Shown: positions 12,746 to 25,634 of the stretch, piece after piece
How positions within the stretch are numbered: the first letter of the stretch is position 1
How the letters are laid out: every line of letters starts with the position of its first letter
The notes under the pieces: generated by a model
The model's input: the letters and a program-made list of their open reading frames with translations, nothing else
Database searches by the model: none
Told to the model about the DNA's origin: nothing
Assembly (NCBI GenBank): GCA_040954595.2
Contig: CM082577.2
Location: 12,495,654 to 12,559,653, forward strand
DNA from: Balanoglossus misakiensis
Lineage: Eukaryota; Animalia; Hemichordata
Direction of reading: 5' to 3'
Length of the DNA: 64,000 bases
Translations under genes and position numbers: made by a program

Positions 12746-12874
12746 GAAGACCGTTCTCCTCTGGATCTGCTTATTGACAAGTGGAAGGATAGTTATAAAA
12801 GTCGTCGAATTGAGAGTGTTCTCTGTTTAAGACTATTACTAGAAGCAGGTGGATATTTAACAGCAAAGTATAAG
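12746..12874 (+). CDS. ROCO gene internal exon, ankyrin-like
   Basis: AG/GT-bounded, 129 bp, phase 0-0: EDRSPLDLLIDKW...LCLRLLLEAGGYLTAKYK. Splices in frame to 14355. Confidence 0.7.
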
Positions 12875-13780
12875 GTAATTTTCTGATGAAATTATGGCCA
12901 CTGATTATATTGATTTTTGCATGTCCATAGCCATTATTTAAACAAGCATAACTAATTTCAGTGTACTTAGTTGACAGTATACAGTACTTAGATGAACATA
13001 TGCACATTAATATGTTACATGGCTTCAACTTGGCCAATTTTTTTTTTTTTTTTTTTTTTTTTTTGCTTTTAGGTCCCATTTGGTATATTAATAATAACAA
13101 TATAATGAGACCTAATGTGATATTGGTTGCATTTATATGTATGGATGTGTGTATAGAATCATGTTGTGGGTACATTGTTTATGTCTGTCCACACAAAATA
13201 CTTAAAACCGCTAAGCATATAACAACCATTGTTTGGTGTGTAGATGCAAGCCGGGCTGTAGATTGGGTTTTGTTCAAATTAAGTTTTAATTTAGTCGTTT
13301 TGCCCAAAATATGCAATTGAGCTGGAAAAATAACTTAGGCCAAATGTCGAAAGACCAGCTGTTTTATTTGGTGTATATGTACAGTACACAGGCCATTGGC
13401 AGCCTATGGGTCAGTCAGTGTTTGCCTGTTGATCTGGCTCTATGTATGTCTATCTGCCTGCCTGTATGTGTGTGTACCAGTATATATCAGTATCAACTTT
13501 TTCCTGTGTAATCCCTAAATGGGACTACACTGATTTATTTGTTCTACTGATCTGTTGGTCAGTGGGTACTAGATCATTGGCAATTATGTATTTCATATAG
13601 GGAGAACAGTATGAAAGATACTAGTTGTAATGTAATACAGGGGCAATTTTAATGACAAGTCATTGCATATTTGCATATTTTCGGTCTTTAACATCAAACC
13701 AGGCAAGCAAATTCAGTTCTTATTTGGTTGTGACTTTCACATATATTTTCGTCAGAAACTGGCAAATTGTTCTTTACCAT

Positions 13781-14008
13781 GAAGCGGTCGTCGCGCCGCG
13801 TTCGTTTGTTTATTAACATCACAACTCATCCACAAATCCCTGAAATTAGATAATTCTTAGAATGAATGAAGCAGCCAGCTGTAGCATAGACTGGGCATGA
13901 CAGCAACTGAAGATCCTAGTAGGTCCTAGCGACTGCAGTGGGGTTTGCGCTGGAATTGGAGGACATATTCTCATCAGGGGGACACCCATGCGGCGCGACG
14001 ATTGCTTC
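13781..14008. mobile_element. About 228-bp MITE, copy 1
   Basis: Imperfect 21-bp TIR GAAGCGGTCGTCGCGCCGCGT. Homologous to 63139-63363. TSD not resolved. Confidence 0.75.
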
Positions 14009-14354
14009 CCTTTAAGTCTTCTCAGTACCAAACATATTGTGGAGAACTTTGAAATGTAGTTATACAGCCACCAAGTAAATGGTTGATATTTTCTTAACTT
14101 CTTATGTGAATATATTAAGCCAGAAGTAGGAACATAAAAAATATGTGCCAGCAAATTAAATTCTATGTTTCTTTTTAGGAAACTGATTCCAAAGATACAG
14201 AAACAGCATCATTACTTTCATATTTTTTCTCAGTAAGAACTTGGCAGTGTTACAAGCTCATAACGCTATATATTTTACAAAAGCAAACATACAACCTTAT
14301 TAATATTTATTTTCCATTGTAAACTAAACATATTTTTTCCTTTCCTGTCTGCAG

Positions 14355-17300
14355 GAGAGTCTGGGGGATCTTGCTCACATCGGATATATCTTCATCGATG
14401 CAGAAAATGGTACTGAAGTGGTTGAAGCATCCAACCCTAAAGCTAGACATGATATTACACTGTCATGTAAATATGGTGAAGTGTCTGCAATGATTATTGG
14501 CTCTACACCACTAAATATTGTAGAATTAATCAAAACCTACAACTTAAAGTCATTGATTGTAGGAAACATCGAGATGGGGGAATTGAAGAGTATCATTGAT
14601 GCAAGGCAGGGTGATAACTGTGTCCAAGATAAATTAATTATCTTCAATGTACCAGCATTCGAGAAAGAACCTGTAATGAATTGGGTCAGTGGGAAGAGTA
14701 TCTCAGTTCTTTGTCTGATTGATGTAACTTCAACACTGCCACTGATCATAAGTGTTGGGTCTACTGAATCTAAAGTGATCAATGTCAGCCATTGTAAACT
14801 TGTAAAGCCTTCCAAAGGAAGCAAACGAAAACAAAAGTCAGATAGAAAAGAAAGCATGCGGTCAGTGGCAAGTATTGACATCAAATGCCAAGAACTAACA
14901 GCTTTGTACATACATAACAATCATGGCCTAACTTCTTTGCAAGACGATATTGGCTCCAAGACAGGTTTGTCTATTTTTGTTGCTCATGACAACCAATTGC
15001 AAAAGATTCCCATTTCCTTGGGAATAAGAGACACTTACATGATCGAGTTCATGATTGATGGCAACCCAATCATTAATGTGCCCATTGATATTCTAAGTGA
15101 GGGGAAAGACGCAGTTCTTGCCTTTTTGAAAGAGTTTATAACAAAACAAGCAGTACCAAATGAATATGTGAAAATGGTAATTGTGGGTCATGAGGAAGTT
15201 GGTAAGACAACTCTGGTTAATGCAATGCGCAATGCGACTAGAAAGGAGGGAAAAACTGATGGAATTGAAATTTCAGAGATTTCATTTCCTGACAAAGCCA
15301 AAGGGAAACTGTTTCGAAGATTTGTATCGGTACAAGACGAATCACAGCGTCATGTAAAAGTTAAGTGTTTTGACTTTGCTGGTGATGTTGACTTCTTGGA
15401 GACACATTCATTGTACTTGACAGATAATACACTGTTCCTGTTGGTGTTTGATCTCAGCAAATTTATGATTACCAAAGCTTACAGCAAAGCAAGCCTCATC
15501 CATCAGTTGGGTAGAATTTGTCTGTGGCTGCAAACAATAAGTGGTCAAGCCCCAAATTCACGTGTCATACTCATTGGAACACATGCCGATGAAGTAAAGG
15601 ATGGTGGAGCAGAGATCATCTGGGAACAGTTTCAAACTCTCCTATTCAGTGCTGTCACAATGCACACGACAATACATAATGGGAAGTTGGTTGACAATTG
15701 TCTAATATGTCACCCGAGGCAAATTAAACGGACGCCCCATCAGAGAGTTCCAGGTTTTTCAATGGTTGACCTAAGTTTAGAAGAAAATGAAGAACCATTT
15801 GAAGAAGAAAGTGATATCCGTTTCCCACATATTGTGGGATATTATGAAGTGGGCATTAAGTCAAAGTTACCCAGACAGATGGGCTCAAAGAATCAAAGTG
15901 TTGAGCAAGTCAAGGTAGCCATTCAAGGAGAGGCTAAAAGATTTCTCTCTTTACAGCCTGATATTCCTTCTTTGTGGGCAACATTTCGTGGTACCCTGAA
16001 AAATATTGTTCGTCAGAAAGTAGGGGAAGGGAAACCACCGATTCTAAAATTTGACGAATATTTTGAAAGGGCAAAAGAACACCGTATATGTTCAAAGAAG
16101 GATGACAAGTCTTTTAAGAATGTTACCAGCTATTTGAATTGCCAAGGTGATCTTCTTTATTACAGTAAATGTCGATCTCCCGATCTGAAAGCAATGGTTA
16201 TCCTAGACCCCCAGTGGCTTGCACAAATGCTACGCAGTGTGATTAGTTATCAGGCCAGCTACACAGACAGTCGTGGCATTGTAAAAGTAGAATGTCTTCC
16301 TGAAGCATGGACAAAGTTTGGTTCTGATCACCGTAAGGCTCTGATTAGCTTGTTCATTGAGATGAAAATATGTCTACCAGTTGATTCCGTAAATGATCAC
16401 TCAGATTGTAGTGAGCAAGAATACAGTAGCCTGCTTTTCCCATGTCAGTTACCTGCTCTCAAGCCATCGGAGTCAGTTTGGCCACCCTACCCCGATGAAA
16501 ATGAACTGCAGTTGACAAAACAGTACAAACTGTCATTTATTCCACCAACCTTGTTCAGTGAAATTATCGCAGACATCGACGCAAGGAAAAATGACATGTG
16601 CAGTGAATCCTCACAATACTTCAAAAACTATATTGTCGTAGAAGGTAAGGTTATAAGAGCATGTCACAAATGTGTGTCTAAAGCAAAAGGCAATTTGTCA
16701 ACATCAGTTGAAACACAACTTCCAGATTCAGCTCATTCGGCTCTTGTGGAGTGCAATTATGCTAGTAATCGGATAATTCTCACTGCGAGGGGTGACAAAC
16801 CATGTTGCTTTTTGTCAGGCTTTGAGTATCTTGTTCACAGGATTTTAGACAATGGAAATTACTCTGGTTTGGTGGTAGAAAGTCGTATTCTTTGTGGTTT
16901 TTGTGTTCTGAATAGGGAATTTAAACCAGGCGAATTTGACATTGACAATACAGACATCAAGAAGGTATGCCCCAAAGACAGAAGTCACAGATTTCAACAG
17001 GTTGAGCAAATATTTGAAGGCCTTCGCTCACCCAGTTACATATTAGAAACCCGTAACGTTGTGAAGAATATCAGAAGCAGCATTCAGTTAATTGGCAAAA
17101 CAGAATGTCCCAAACTTTTCACCATCCTTCCAGTAAACACAGGAAACTTACTGTCTCTAGCACAGACAACAACAAGTGTCCGCGATGGATTTGTTGTTCA
17201 TTTCGTTTGTGAAAATCCAGGCGAATGGCACTTTGTTGATGGCCCGGGACACAGAGTTGACAAGGTGAATGAGTTCATTGATGATTATGGACCTCGCGTT

Positions 17301-17663
17301 TGCCAGGTTTTAAAGGTCATGTCATCGATTGACCCTCCAGAAAATGTAAATTATGAAGTGCCTGCTGAGCATAGAATTTGCGCATATATTGCTAACAAGC
17401 ATGTGGAAACCCGTAAAAAAGGCTTGGCAAAGTTACTTCAAGATTTCCTTGAAGAGTATGGTGAGTTAGAGAGACACCAACGTGCAGGCACTCCTAAACT
17501 AATAGAGGAGTTAATGGAATCGCACAGATTAGACCGTAATAAACTTGGAAAGTTTCTTAATATACCAGACGAGATACAACCATTTGGTTTGCTGTATGCT
17601 GTTGAGAAAGGGGGTAAATGGCTGTGGCTTTGTGAGAAATGCGCCAAACAGGAAACTGCATGA
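14355..17663 (+). CDS. ROCO protein terminal exon (LRR-Roc GTPase-COR-Cys-rich C-terminus)
   Basis: Acceptor at 14353-14354 in frame with the 1081-aa ORF. Short LRRs, then P-loop GHEEVGKTT, TDGI, FDFAG, GTHAD, COR ILDPQWL. No kinase domain. Confidence 0.92.
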   Translation, partial: ESLGDLAHIGYIFIDAENGTEVVEASNPKARHDITLSCKYGEVSAMIIGSTPLNIVELIKTYNLKSLIVGNIEMGELKSIIDARQGDNCVQDKLIIFNVPAFEKEPVMNWVSGKSISVLCLIDVTSTLPLIISVGSTESKVINVSHCKLVKPSKGSKRKQKSDRKESMRSVASIDIKCQELTALYIHNNHGLTSLQDDIGSKTGLSIFVAHDNQLQKIPISLGIRDTYMIEFMIDGNPIINVPIDILSEGKDAVLAFLKEFITKQAVPNEYVKMVIVGHEEVGKTTLVNAMRNATRKEGKTDGIEISEISFPDKAKGKLFRRFVSVQDESQRHVKVKCFDFAGDVDFLETHSLYLTDNTLFLLVFDLSKFMITKAYSKASLIHQLGRICLWLQTISGQAPNSRVILIGTHADEVKDGGAEIIWEQFQTLLFSAVTMHTTIHNGKLVDNCLICHPRQIKRTPHQRVPGFSMVDLSLEENEEPFEEESDIRFPHIVGYYEVGIKSKLPRQMGSKNQSVEQVKVAIQGEAKRFLSLQPDIPSLWATFRGTLKNIVRQKVGEGKPPILKFDEYFERAKEHRICSKKDDKSFKNVTSYLNCQGDLLYYSKCRSPDLKAMVILDPQWLAQMLRSVISYQASYTDSRGIVKVECLPEAWTKFGSDHRKALISLFIEMKICLPVDSVNDHSDCSEQEYSSLLFPCQLPALKPSESVWPPYPDENELQLTKQYKLSFIPPTLFSEIIADIDARKNDMCSESSQYFKNYIVVEGKVIRACHKCVSKAKGNLSTSVETQLPDSAHSALVECNYASNRIILTARGDKPCCFLSGFEYLVHRILDNGNYSGLVVESRILCGFCVLNREFKPGEFDIDNTDIKKVCPKDRSHRFQQVEQIFEGLRSPSYILETRNVVKNIRSSIQLIGKTECPKLFTILPVNTGNLLSLAQTTTSVRDGFVVHFVCENPGEWHFVDGPGHRVDKVNEFIDDYGPRVCQVLKVMSSIDPPENVNYEVPAEHRICAYIANKHVETRKKGLAKLLQDFLEEYGELERHQRAGTPKLIEELMESHRLDRNKLGKFLNIPDEIQPFGLLYAVEKGGKWLWLCEKCAKQETA

Positions 17664-19320
17664 GGGAAACCTACTCAGTGACAGGTAGCAATACAAGAAA
17701 CAGGCAACTTGTTTGGAGACAATAACAAAACATTTTACTGCATGCCTGATGCAATGCTAGTATGACTATAAAGCCAATGTCCAAACTGAAGGCTTAAAAC
17801 AACAATACTTTCTTTTGACCGCAATAATGCATGTTAAGCATTCCCCTGACCCAGCACCCTTTGTCCACTGCACTTATCAAAGTTGTTGGTTCATTCATTT
17901 GGATGCTCCGTATTGTGATTATTAGCAGATGTTTTTGCTTTTTATGTTGAAACATTCAGGATTTGTTATAAAGTTTGCAGTAAAAACTTTTGCAGTAAAG
18001 AACAATGACAATCTTATAACTGCAATGGGAATGTGGAAAATTATTTTTGTTGCAGACTTATAAACCGGATAGTTTTGGGGATTCTGTGAACTTAACAGGC
18101 TACATGAAGATACTTTTCATATCTGTATTATTGATTATAATGGTTTATATATATACATAATGCACAGATATCCATTCAACTAATGTAGGTGATTTGTTTT
18201 GTACTAAATGCAGCTCTGTTAATTACAACAGTGGATGTGAGAAGTCGATATAATGTTAATGTTTATAAATGATTTTTTTTAATGTTTAGGATTCATATTG
18301 TATAAGTATACTGATTCTCAACATTTTGTATAGCCATGTGTGTGTGAAATGCGTTGTATCATTTTAAATTGTATTCAATGGTGTGTTTGTGTATGGTAAT
18401 CATTAAGCTATCTTTTTTGTTGACTTATCATCAATAACATATGATGAGAGATTGAAGTTTTCAGGGTTTTCTTTTATAGTGGAGTTGACTATTTTGAAAT
18501 ATATCTAGCTAGAGTGTATATTGTACATTTACTAGAAGTGGCTGGCTGGAATGTAGTTCCGCAGAAGATCCACATATATAGTCTGTGTGCTGAAATGGTT
18601 TCCTTAATAACTTATATATATATAATCCACATTTCAAAAGTGATGCATGAACCATGGTTGCAAATCGTGGCAAATGCTTGACAAAATTTGTTGAAGTGGT
18701 TTGTTCTATTTTGTGTAGCATTTTCTACATTATTTGACAAGTATGACTATGCTCAAGGAGCTCTTATACTATTTTATTAACCATGAATTTCTTTGTTGTC
18801 CTATCATTTGGAAGGTCAATATACCGTGTCCTGAAAAGTCTATGTAATATGTTTGCTGTACCTTCGTTAGGAATAGTTGATTATATTTCCATATTTGTTT
18901 CTTACTTTATGTTTAGAACATTCACTGTTGTCACTTGTAGAGTATCTGCCAATCTATTGAAGAGAACACATTAAAGTTTTGACAAATTTCAATTTTAAAG
19001 GCACCATGTAACATCATGTTCTGTATTATTTCAGACCCAAAATTTTGCTTCTGAGATGTGTCAGTTCAATATGTATAGTTTGTTCATTGGAGAAATGTTA
19101 ATATGTACAATAGTTCTTACTGCCATGGAAATTAAAATTACATTACAATTTTTTGTATATTGGTGTATCCTGTGCAGTTATCAATGAAAGAAATGTGAAC
19201 AACTCTTTATCTTTGATAATAAATTGATTATAGACATGATAAATCTGCATTGCATGTGATTTTTTCCCAGTCAGAACATCCTATCTCTCATCTTCAATGA
19301 CATTACAGAATCTATCTTTA

Positions 19321-19714
19321 TTCAAATCTGCCAGAGGAGAAAACATCTACACCAGATTCAGCAGAACTCTCTTCTGTAAAATAGAGTAAGCCAAAAATTG
19401 GAGCACCGGCACATTTTGTATCATACTTCAGCTTATAACTTTTACAACAACCAGATTTTGACTTGTATTGAGAAGTTGGAAACAGATCTCGTTGTCTTTT
19501 AGCCTAAGACTTCTTTTCATGTCCAAATTCAGACATGGAAGAGGTATGCGACTCACGTCGTCTTTCAAATTTTCTAGATAAGAAAACATGTACATGTACA
19601 TCAGATTCAGCAGATCTCTCCTCTGATAATTGGGGTAAGTCAAACATTGGAACACCTGTAGATTTGGTATCATATTCTTTTTTTAGCGAAACGAATGTCT
19701 AATTTCTGACTTAA
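19321..19714 (-). pseudogene. Inverted fragment of the LRR gene C-terminal tail / 3' region
   Basis: Reverse complement of about 25385-25815 and of the tail at 45700-46350. Confidence 0.85.
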
Positions 19715-20446
19715 GGTGGCATTGCATGAAAAGTTGTGATTTTTGCCAAATTTTACTTTTTTACATAAATCGGTAGATCAAATACTGATCCACATTCTGA
19801 CAAATGCGTCTTGGCGGAAATGATGCATAATCACCCAAAAATAGCACTTTTCTGAATGAGTCCACAGCTTAAGAAATAGGTGTCAACAATGCAAATGGCT
19901 GTTTTTCTCAGTTTGCATTTTCGCTGCTTTTGACAACTTCAGAAGAATTTAGCTTTGCTCTGCGTTGGCCGAAATTGCTCAAATTGTAACATGGGATTGT
20001 GTATGACCCATCTAACAATACGGAATTTTTTTAGTCGTTAAAGTGTCCCTGGCGGGAATAAACTCTGATTCAATACAACTCATCGTGAATTTAATCAAAT
20101 TTTCTAAAAATCTAACTTTCAAACCTTGTTACTCCTCAATGGAAGCAGATAACGCAAAACAAAATTTTCTTTTTTTTTGCACGTGTACTCTAGTTTCAAA
20201 TGACATATTAAGATGCATGATGCATGGTCAACTTTTTACCCAATTTCAATTGAATGACATAATATCAAAAAATGTGTTTTTAACCCCAACAACGCCACCA
20301 TTTCCGGGGGTCAATAAAATGTGCAACTCAAACAAAATTCAAAAACTCAGCTTCCAGAATATATATGGTTTTATAGGGGTTTTAATGTTGTCTTTGATGA
20401 GAAATAGGCCTTTGAAAAAGTCTTGACGGTTTCATGCAATGCCACC
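19715..20446. mobile_element. Non-autonomous Kolobok-type transposon, copy 2
   Basis: TTAA flanks, perfect TIR GGTGGCATTGCATGAAA, 732 bp. Confidence 0.88.
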
Positions 20447-20450
20447 TTAA

Positions 20451-22977
20451 GAGTATCATTGAGAGCAGAGGTATTGCAGCAGCTGAAAGAATGTACTATT
20501 TTTCTACAGCAGTTCTGAAGAATCATTCACAGCGGCATGGAACTTGCTGGTAGAGAGATATGGGCACACTTTCAAAGTTCAAAAGGCCTTCAGAGATAAA
20601 CTTTCCAAATTGCCGAAAATTGGTCCCAAAGATTCAGCCGGTCTCAGATAGTTTGCAGATTACCTCAGAGATTGCAAAGATGCAATCCCACATGTACCAG
20701 GACTGAAGATTTTGAATGACTGTGAAGAAAATTGCGATTGTTGATGAAACTGCCAGATTGGGTTGCTTCACGTTGGAATCGCAAGGTGACACAAATGTTG
20801 GACAGCACAGCAGAGTATCCAGGCTTTGAAAGCTTCGTCGAGTTTGTGGCGAAGGAAGCACGTACCGCCTGCAATCCAATTTCATCATTGTATGTCATGA
20901 AGGAATCAAGTTTCGCTGACAACACAAGAGAACCTAATGACAAGGGAAGAAAGGTCAGTAGAAACAAAGGCACCACATTCACAACAGAGTCCAAAGAAGT
21001 CAAGAAAGAGAATTCTGATGTCAAACAAACATTCGACTCCAAGACATACGTACCGAAACCATGCACGTTTTTTCATCAACTCAGCTCCTGTTCTGAATTC
21101 AAGAAAGGATCGCTAGAAGAAAAGAGGAAGTACATACAGGAAAACAGAATTTGTTTCAGTTGTCTCAAGAGAGGATATAATGCCGACGGAAATCAACATG
21201 CGAAAGGTGTAAAGGGAAACACCCAACCACACTTCATGATGACTCGAAAGACAGAAAACCTCCCAACGAAACAAATGACACTACAGAGGTTTCAGCAGTA
21301 GCGCACAAGACTCAGTTGGGAGATGGTAAAGGTACTTCAAGATAGTTCCAGTGTGGTTGTCTTCAAAAGAGTCTCCGTTAAAGGAAGTCCTCACATATGC
21401 ACTGTTGGACACACAAAGTGACTCAACATTCATCCTAGAAGATATAGCAAAGACAGTCTCTGATCAATGTCGGCTGAAACTCTCAACGATGTCTTCAGCA
21501 TCATCCATCGTAGATTGCAAAGTTGTCTCAAACCTGCGTGTCAGAGGAATGTCTTCACACACCTACATGTACGTAGACATTCGACAAGCATATACCAGAG
21601 ACTTCATTCCAATCGATAGATCACACATCCCTACATCAGACACAGCAAAGAGATGGTCTCATCTACAGAGTATAGTTCATGAGCTCGCCCCCCTGCAAGG
21701 TTGCGAAGTAGGTTTGCTCGTTGGCTACAATTACCCACAAGCACTGGCACCAAGAGAGACTATAATTGGAGGAAGTAATGAACCTTATGCTGTCAAAGCA
21801 GACCTGGGATCATGGGATGGAGTATTGTTGGATATGAAGTTCCAGTTCTACACAACAATACACACGTCTGCAATCGCGTCTCTGTAAAGGAGATTTCCTT
21901 CATATCTGCCAAGCAAGTCATAGATGCATTAGAGTCCGACCTCTCAGAAAAGAGTCATCGAGAGAAATCAATTTGACAGGAGGACATCCAATTCCTCAAC
22001 ATTCTAGAGACTGGCATACAACAAACAGAGGATGGTCACTACAGTATGCCACTTCCGTTCAAATCAAGAAAACCATCACTGCCAAACAACCGAAGAGCAG
22101 CAGAGATACGCCTGCAACATTTGAAGAAGAGATTCAACAGTGATCCAAAATATTATTCCGACTATAAGAGATTCATGGAAGAAGTCCTAGAGAGAGGAGA
22201 CGCAGAGAGAGCAGACGTACACCCAAGACAGAGATGAAACAGTCTGGTACATACCGCACCATGGTGTGTATCATCCCCACAAACCAGAGAAAATCAAGTG
22301 GTTTTTGATTGCTCCGCGGGCCATGGTGGAACTTCCCTGAATGATCATCTACTCACTGGACCGGACTTGATAAACAGTTTGGTTGGTGTATTATGCAGGT
22401 TCAGGAAACACCCTATAGCAGTAGCATGCGACATAGAGAAGATGTTTCATCAGTTCCTCGTACACGAAGCAGATAGAGATTACCTAAGGTTTCTATGGTG
22501 GGAGAATGGTGATATCAACATAGAACCCCAGGAATATATCGCATGAAAGTACACCTGTTCGGAGCCGCATCATCTCCCGGATGTGCAAATTACGGTCTGA
22601 AGCATCTTGCAAATGAAAAAAAGATAGAGTTTCCCCTAGCAGCGAGTTTCCTACAAGAGAACGTCTATGTAGACGATGGTCTCACCAGTACTGACTCTAC
22701 AGATGAAGCAATAAGAGTGATAGAAGAAGCACAGAGTGTGTGCGCCAGAGGAGGATTACATATCCACAAGTTTATTTCGAACAGCAATGGACGCCATCCC
22801 TGTTGGTGAAAGAGCCAGTGATGTAAAGGATGTATATTTGAGTCTTGACAGTCTACCAGTAGAGAGAGTACTTGGGATCCAGTGGTGCGTAGAAACAGAC
22901 ATGTTCAAATTCAACATAGAGGCCAAGGATGACCCCCCCCACACGTCGTGGAATCCTGTCTACAGTAGCCTCAATCA
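20451..22977 (+). mobile_element. Degenerate BEL/Pao retrotransposon fragment (second family; gag-protease-RT)
   Basis: [56 protein letters not shown]. Many frameshifts, no LTRs. Confidence 0.88.
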
Positions 22978-25275
22978 AGAGTTTAAGTAGAGGGTTGGGA
23001 ATATGACTGGGCTGAGATACCTGAATCTTAGTCATAATAACATTGGAGATGTTGGTGCTGAGAGTTTAAGTAAAGGGATGGGGAATATGACTGGGATGGA
23101 ATACCTGAATCTTAGTCATAATAACATTGGAGATGTTGGTGCTGAGAGTTTAAGTAAAGGGATGGGGAATATGACTGGGATGGAATACCTGAATCTTAGT
23201 CATAATAACATTGGAGATGTTGGTGCTGAGAGTTTAAGTAAAGGGATGGGGAATATGACTGGGCTGAGACACCTGGATCTTGGTCATAATAACATTGGAG
23301 ATGTTGGTGCAGAGAGTTTAAGTAAAGGGATGGGGAATATGACTGGGCTGAGATGCCTGAATCTTAGTCATAATAACATTGGAGATGTTGGTGCTGAGAG
23401 TTTAAGTAAAGGGATGGGGAATATGACTGGGATGGAATACCTGAATCTTAGTCATAATAACATTGGAGATGTTGGTGCTGAGAGTTTAAGTAAAGGGATG
23501 GGGAATATGACTGGGCTGAGACACCTGGATCTTGGTCATAATAACATTGGGCATATTGGTGCAGAGAGGTTAAGTAAAGAGATGGGGAATATGACTGGGC
23601 TGAGATGCCTGAATCTTAGTCATAATAACATTGGAGATGTTGGTGCTGAGAGTTTAAGTAAAGGGATGGGGAATATGACTGGGCTGAGATGCCTGAATCT
23701 TAGTCATAATAACATTGGAGATGTTGGTGCAGAGAGGTTTAGTAAAGAGATGGGGAATATGACTGGGCTGAGATGCCTGAATCTTAGTCATAATAACATT
23801 GGAGATGTTGGTGCTGAGAGTTTAAGTAAAGGGATGGGGAATATGACTGGGATGGAATACCTGAATCTTAGTCATAATAACATTGGAGATGTTGGTGCTG
23901 AGAGTTTAAGTAAAGGGATGGGGAATATGACTGGGCTGAGACACCTGGATCTTGGTCATAATAACATTGGGCATATTGGTGCAGAGAGGTTAAGTAAAGA
24001 GATGGGGAATATGACTGGGCTGAGATGCCTGAATCTTAGTCATAATAACATTGGAGATGTTGGTGCTGAGAGTTTAAGTAAAGGGATGGGGAATATGACT
24101 GGGATGGAATACCTGAATCTTAGTCATAATAACATTGGAGATGTTGGTGCAGAGAGTTTAAGTAAAGGGATGGGGAATATGACTGGGCTGAGACAGCTGG
24201 ATCTTAGTCATAATAACATTGGAGATGTTGGTGCAGAGAGGTTAAGTAAAGAGATGGGGAATATGACTGGGCTGAGATGCCTGAATCTTAGTCATAATAA
24301 CATTGGAGATGTTGGTGCAGAGAGTTTAAGTAAAGAGATGGGGAATATGACTGGGCTGAGACAGCTGGATCTTAGTCATAATAACATTGGAGATGTTGGT
24401 GCAGAGAGTTTAAGTAGAGGGATGGGGAATATGACTGGGCTGAGACAGCTGGATCTTAGTCATAATAACATTGGAGATGTTGATGCAGAGAGTTTAAGTA
24501 AAGAGATGGGGAATATGACTGGGCTGAGATGCCTGAATCTTAGTCATAATAACATTGGAGATGTTGGTGCAGAGAGTTTAAGTAAAGAGATGGGGAATAT
24601 GACTGGGCTGAGACAGCTGGATCTTAGTCATAATAACATTGGAGATGTTGGTGCAGAGAGTTTAAGTAGAGGGATGGGGAATATGACTGGGCTGAGACAG
24701 CTGGATCTTAGTCATAATAACATTGGAGATGTTGATGCAGAGAGTTTAAGTAGAGGGATGGAGAATATGACTGGGCTAGGACACCTGAATCTTAGTCATA
24801 ATAACATTGGAGATGTTGGTGCAGAGAGTTTAAGTAAAGAGATGGGGAATATGACTGGGCTGAGACAGCTGGATCTTAGTCATAATAACATTGGAGATGT
24901 TGGTGCAGAGAGTTTAAGTAAAGAGATGGGGAATATGACTGGGCTGAGACAGCTGGATCTTAGTCATAATAACATTGGAGATGTTGGTTCAGAGAGTTTA
25001 AGTAAAGAGATGGGGAATATGACTGGGCTGAGACAGCTGAATCTTAGTTATAATAACATTGGAGATGTTGGTGCAGAGAGTTTTAAGTAAAGAGATGGGG
25101 AATATGACTGGGCTGAGATGCCTGAATCTTAGTCATAATAACATTGGAGATGTTGGTGCAGAGAGTTTAAGTAAAGAGATGGGGAATATGACTGGGCTGA
25201 GACAGCTGGATCTTAGTCATAATAACATTGGAGATGTTGGTGCAGAGAGTTTAAGTAGAGGGATTGAAAATATGA
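22978..25275 (+). repeat. 84-bp coding tandem repeat array 1 (27 units)
   Basis: Near-identical 84-bp units seen directly. Confidence 0.97.
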
Positions 25276-25634
25276 CTTGGTCAAACCATCTCCTTGGCAC
25301 AAGGACTTTTATGGAGTCTGATATAGAAGCTGGTGCAGGTGTCTCATCTGGTAAATCTAAAATGTTGGGTGAGCCATATACCACTTTAAAGTCAGAAATT
25401 GGACATAAAAGAAGTCATTCACTAAAAAAAGAATCTGGTCGTCGTGAAAGTCACAAGCTGAAGTATGGCACCAAATCTACAGGTGTTCCAATGTTTGACA
25501 TACCCCGTTTATTAGAGGAGAGATCTCCTGAATCTGATGTAGATGTTGATGTTCTCTTATCTAGGAAATTTAAAAGACAAAGTGAGTCACATACCTCTTC
25601 TATGTCTGAATTTGGACATGAAAAGAAGTCTTAG
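22978..25634 (+). pseudogene. Orphan NLR-type (RI-like) LRR array with Ser/Lys-rich tail; 5' part of gene absent
   Basis: 27 tandem 28-aa units MTGLRxLxLSHNNIGDVGAESLSKxMGN. +1 frameshift at about 25081. Fused directly to the BEL fragment. Confidence 0.85.

Noticed and set aside
20043-20426. ORFs inside the Kolobok copies (also 44670-44873, 11255-11527)
   Set aside because: Not conserved in frame between copies and no transposase motifs.
25078-25090. Programmed frameshift in LRR array 1
   Set aside because: A single extra T in one unit with no stimulatory structure. A mutation or sequencing error is simpler.
22978-25275. 84-bp array as CRISPR or non-coding satellite
   Set aside because: No unique spacers. 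Units translate as canonical 28-aa LRRs.
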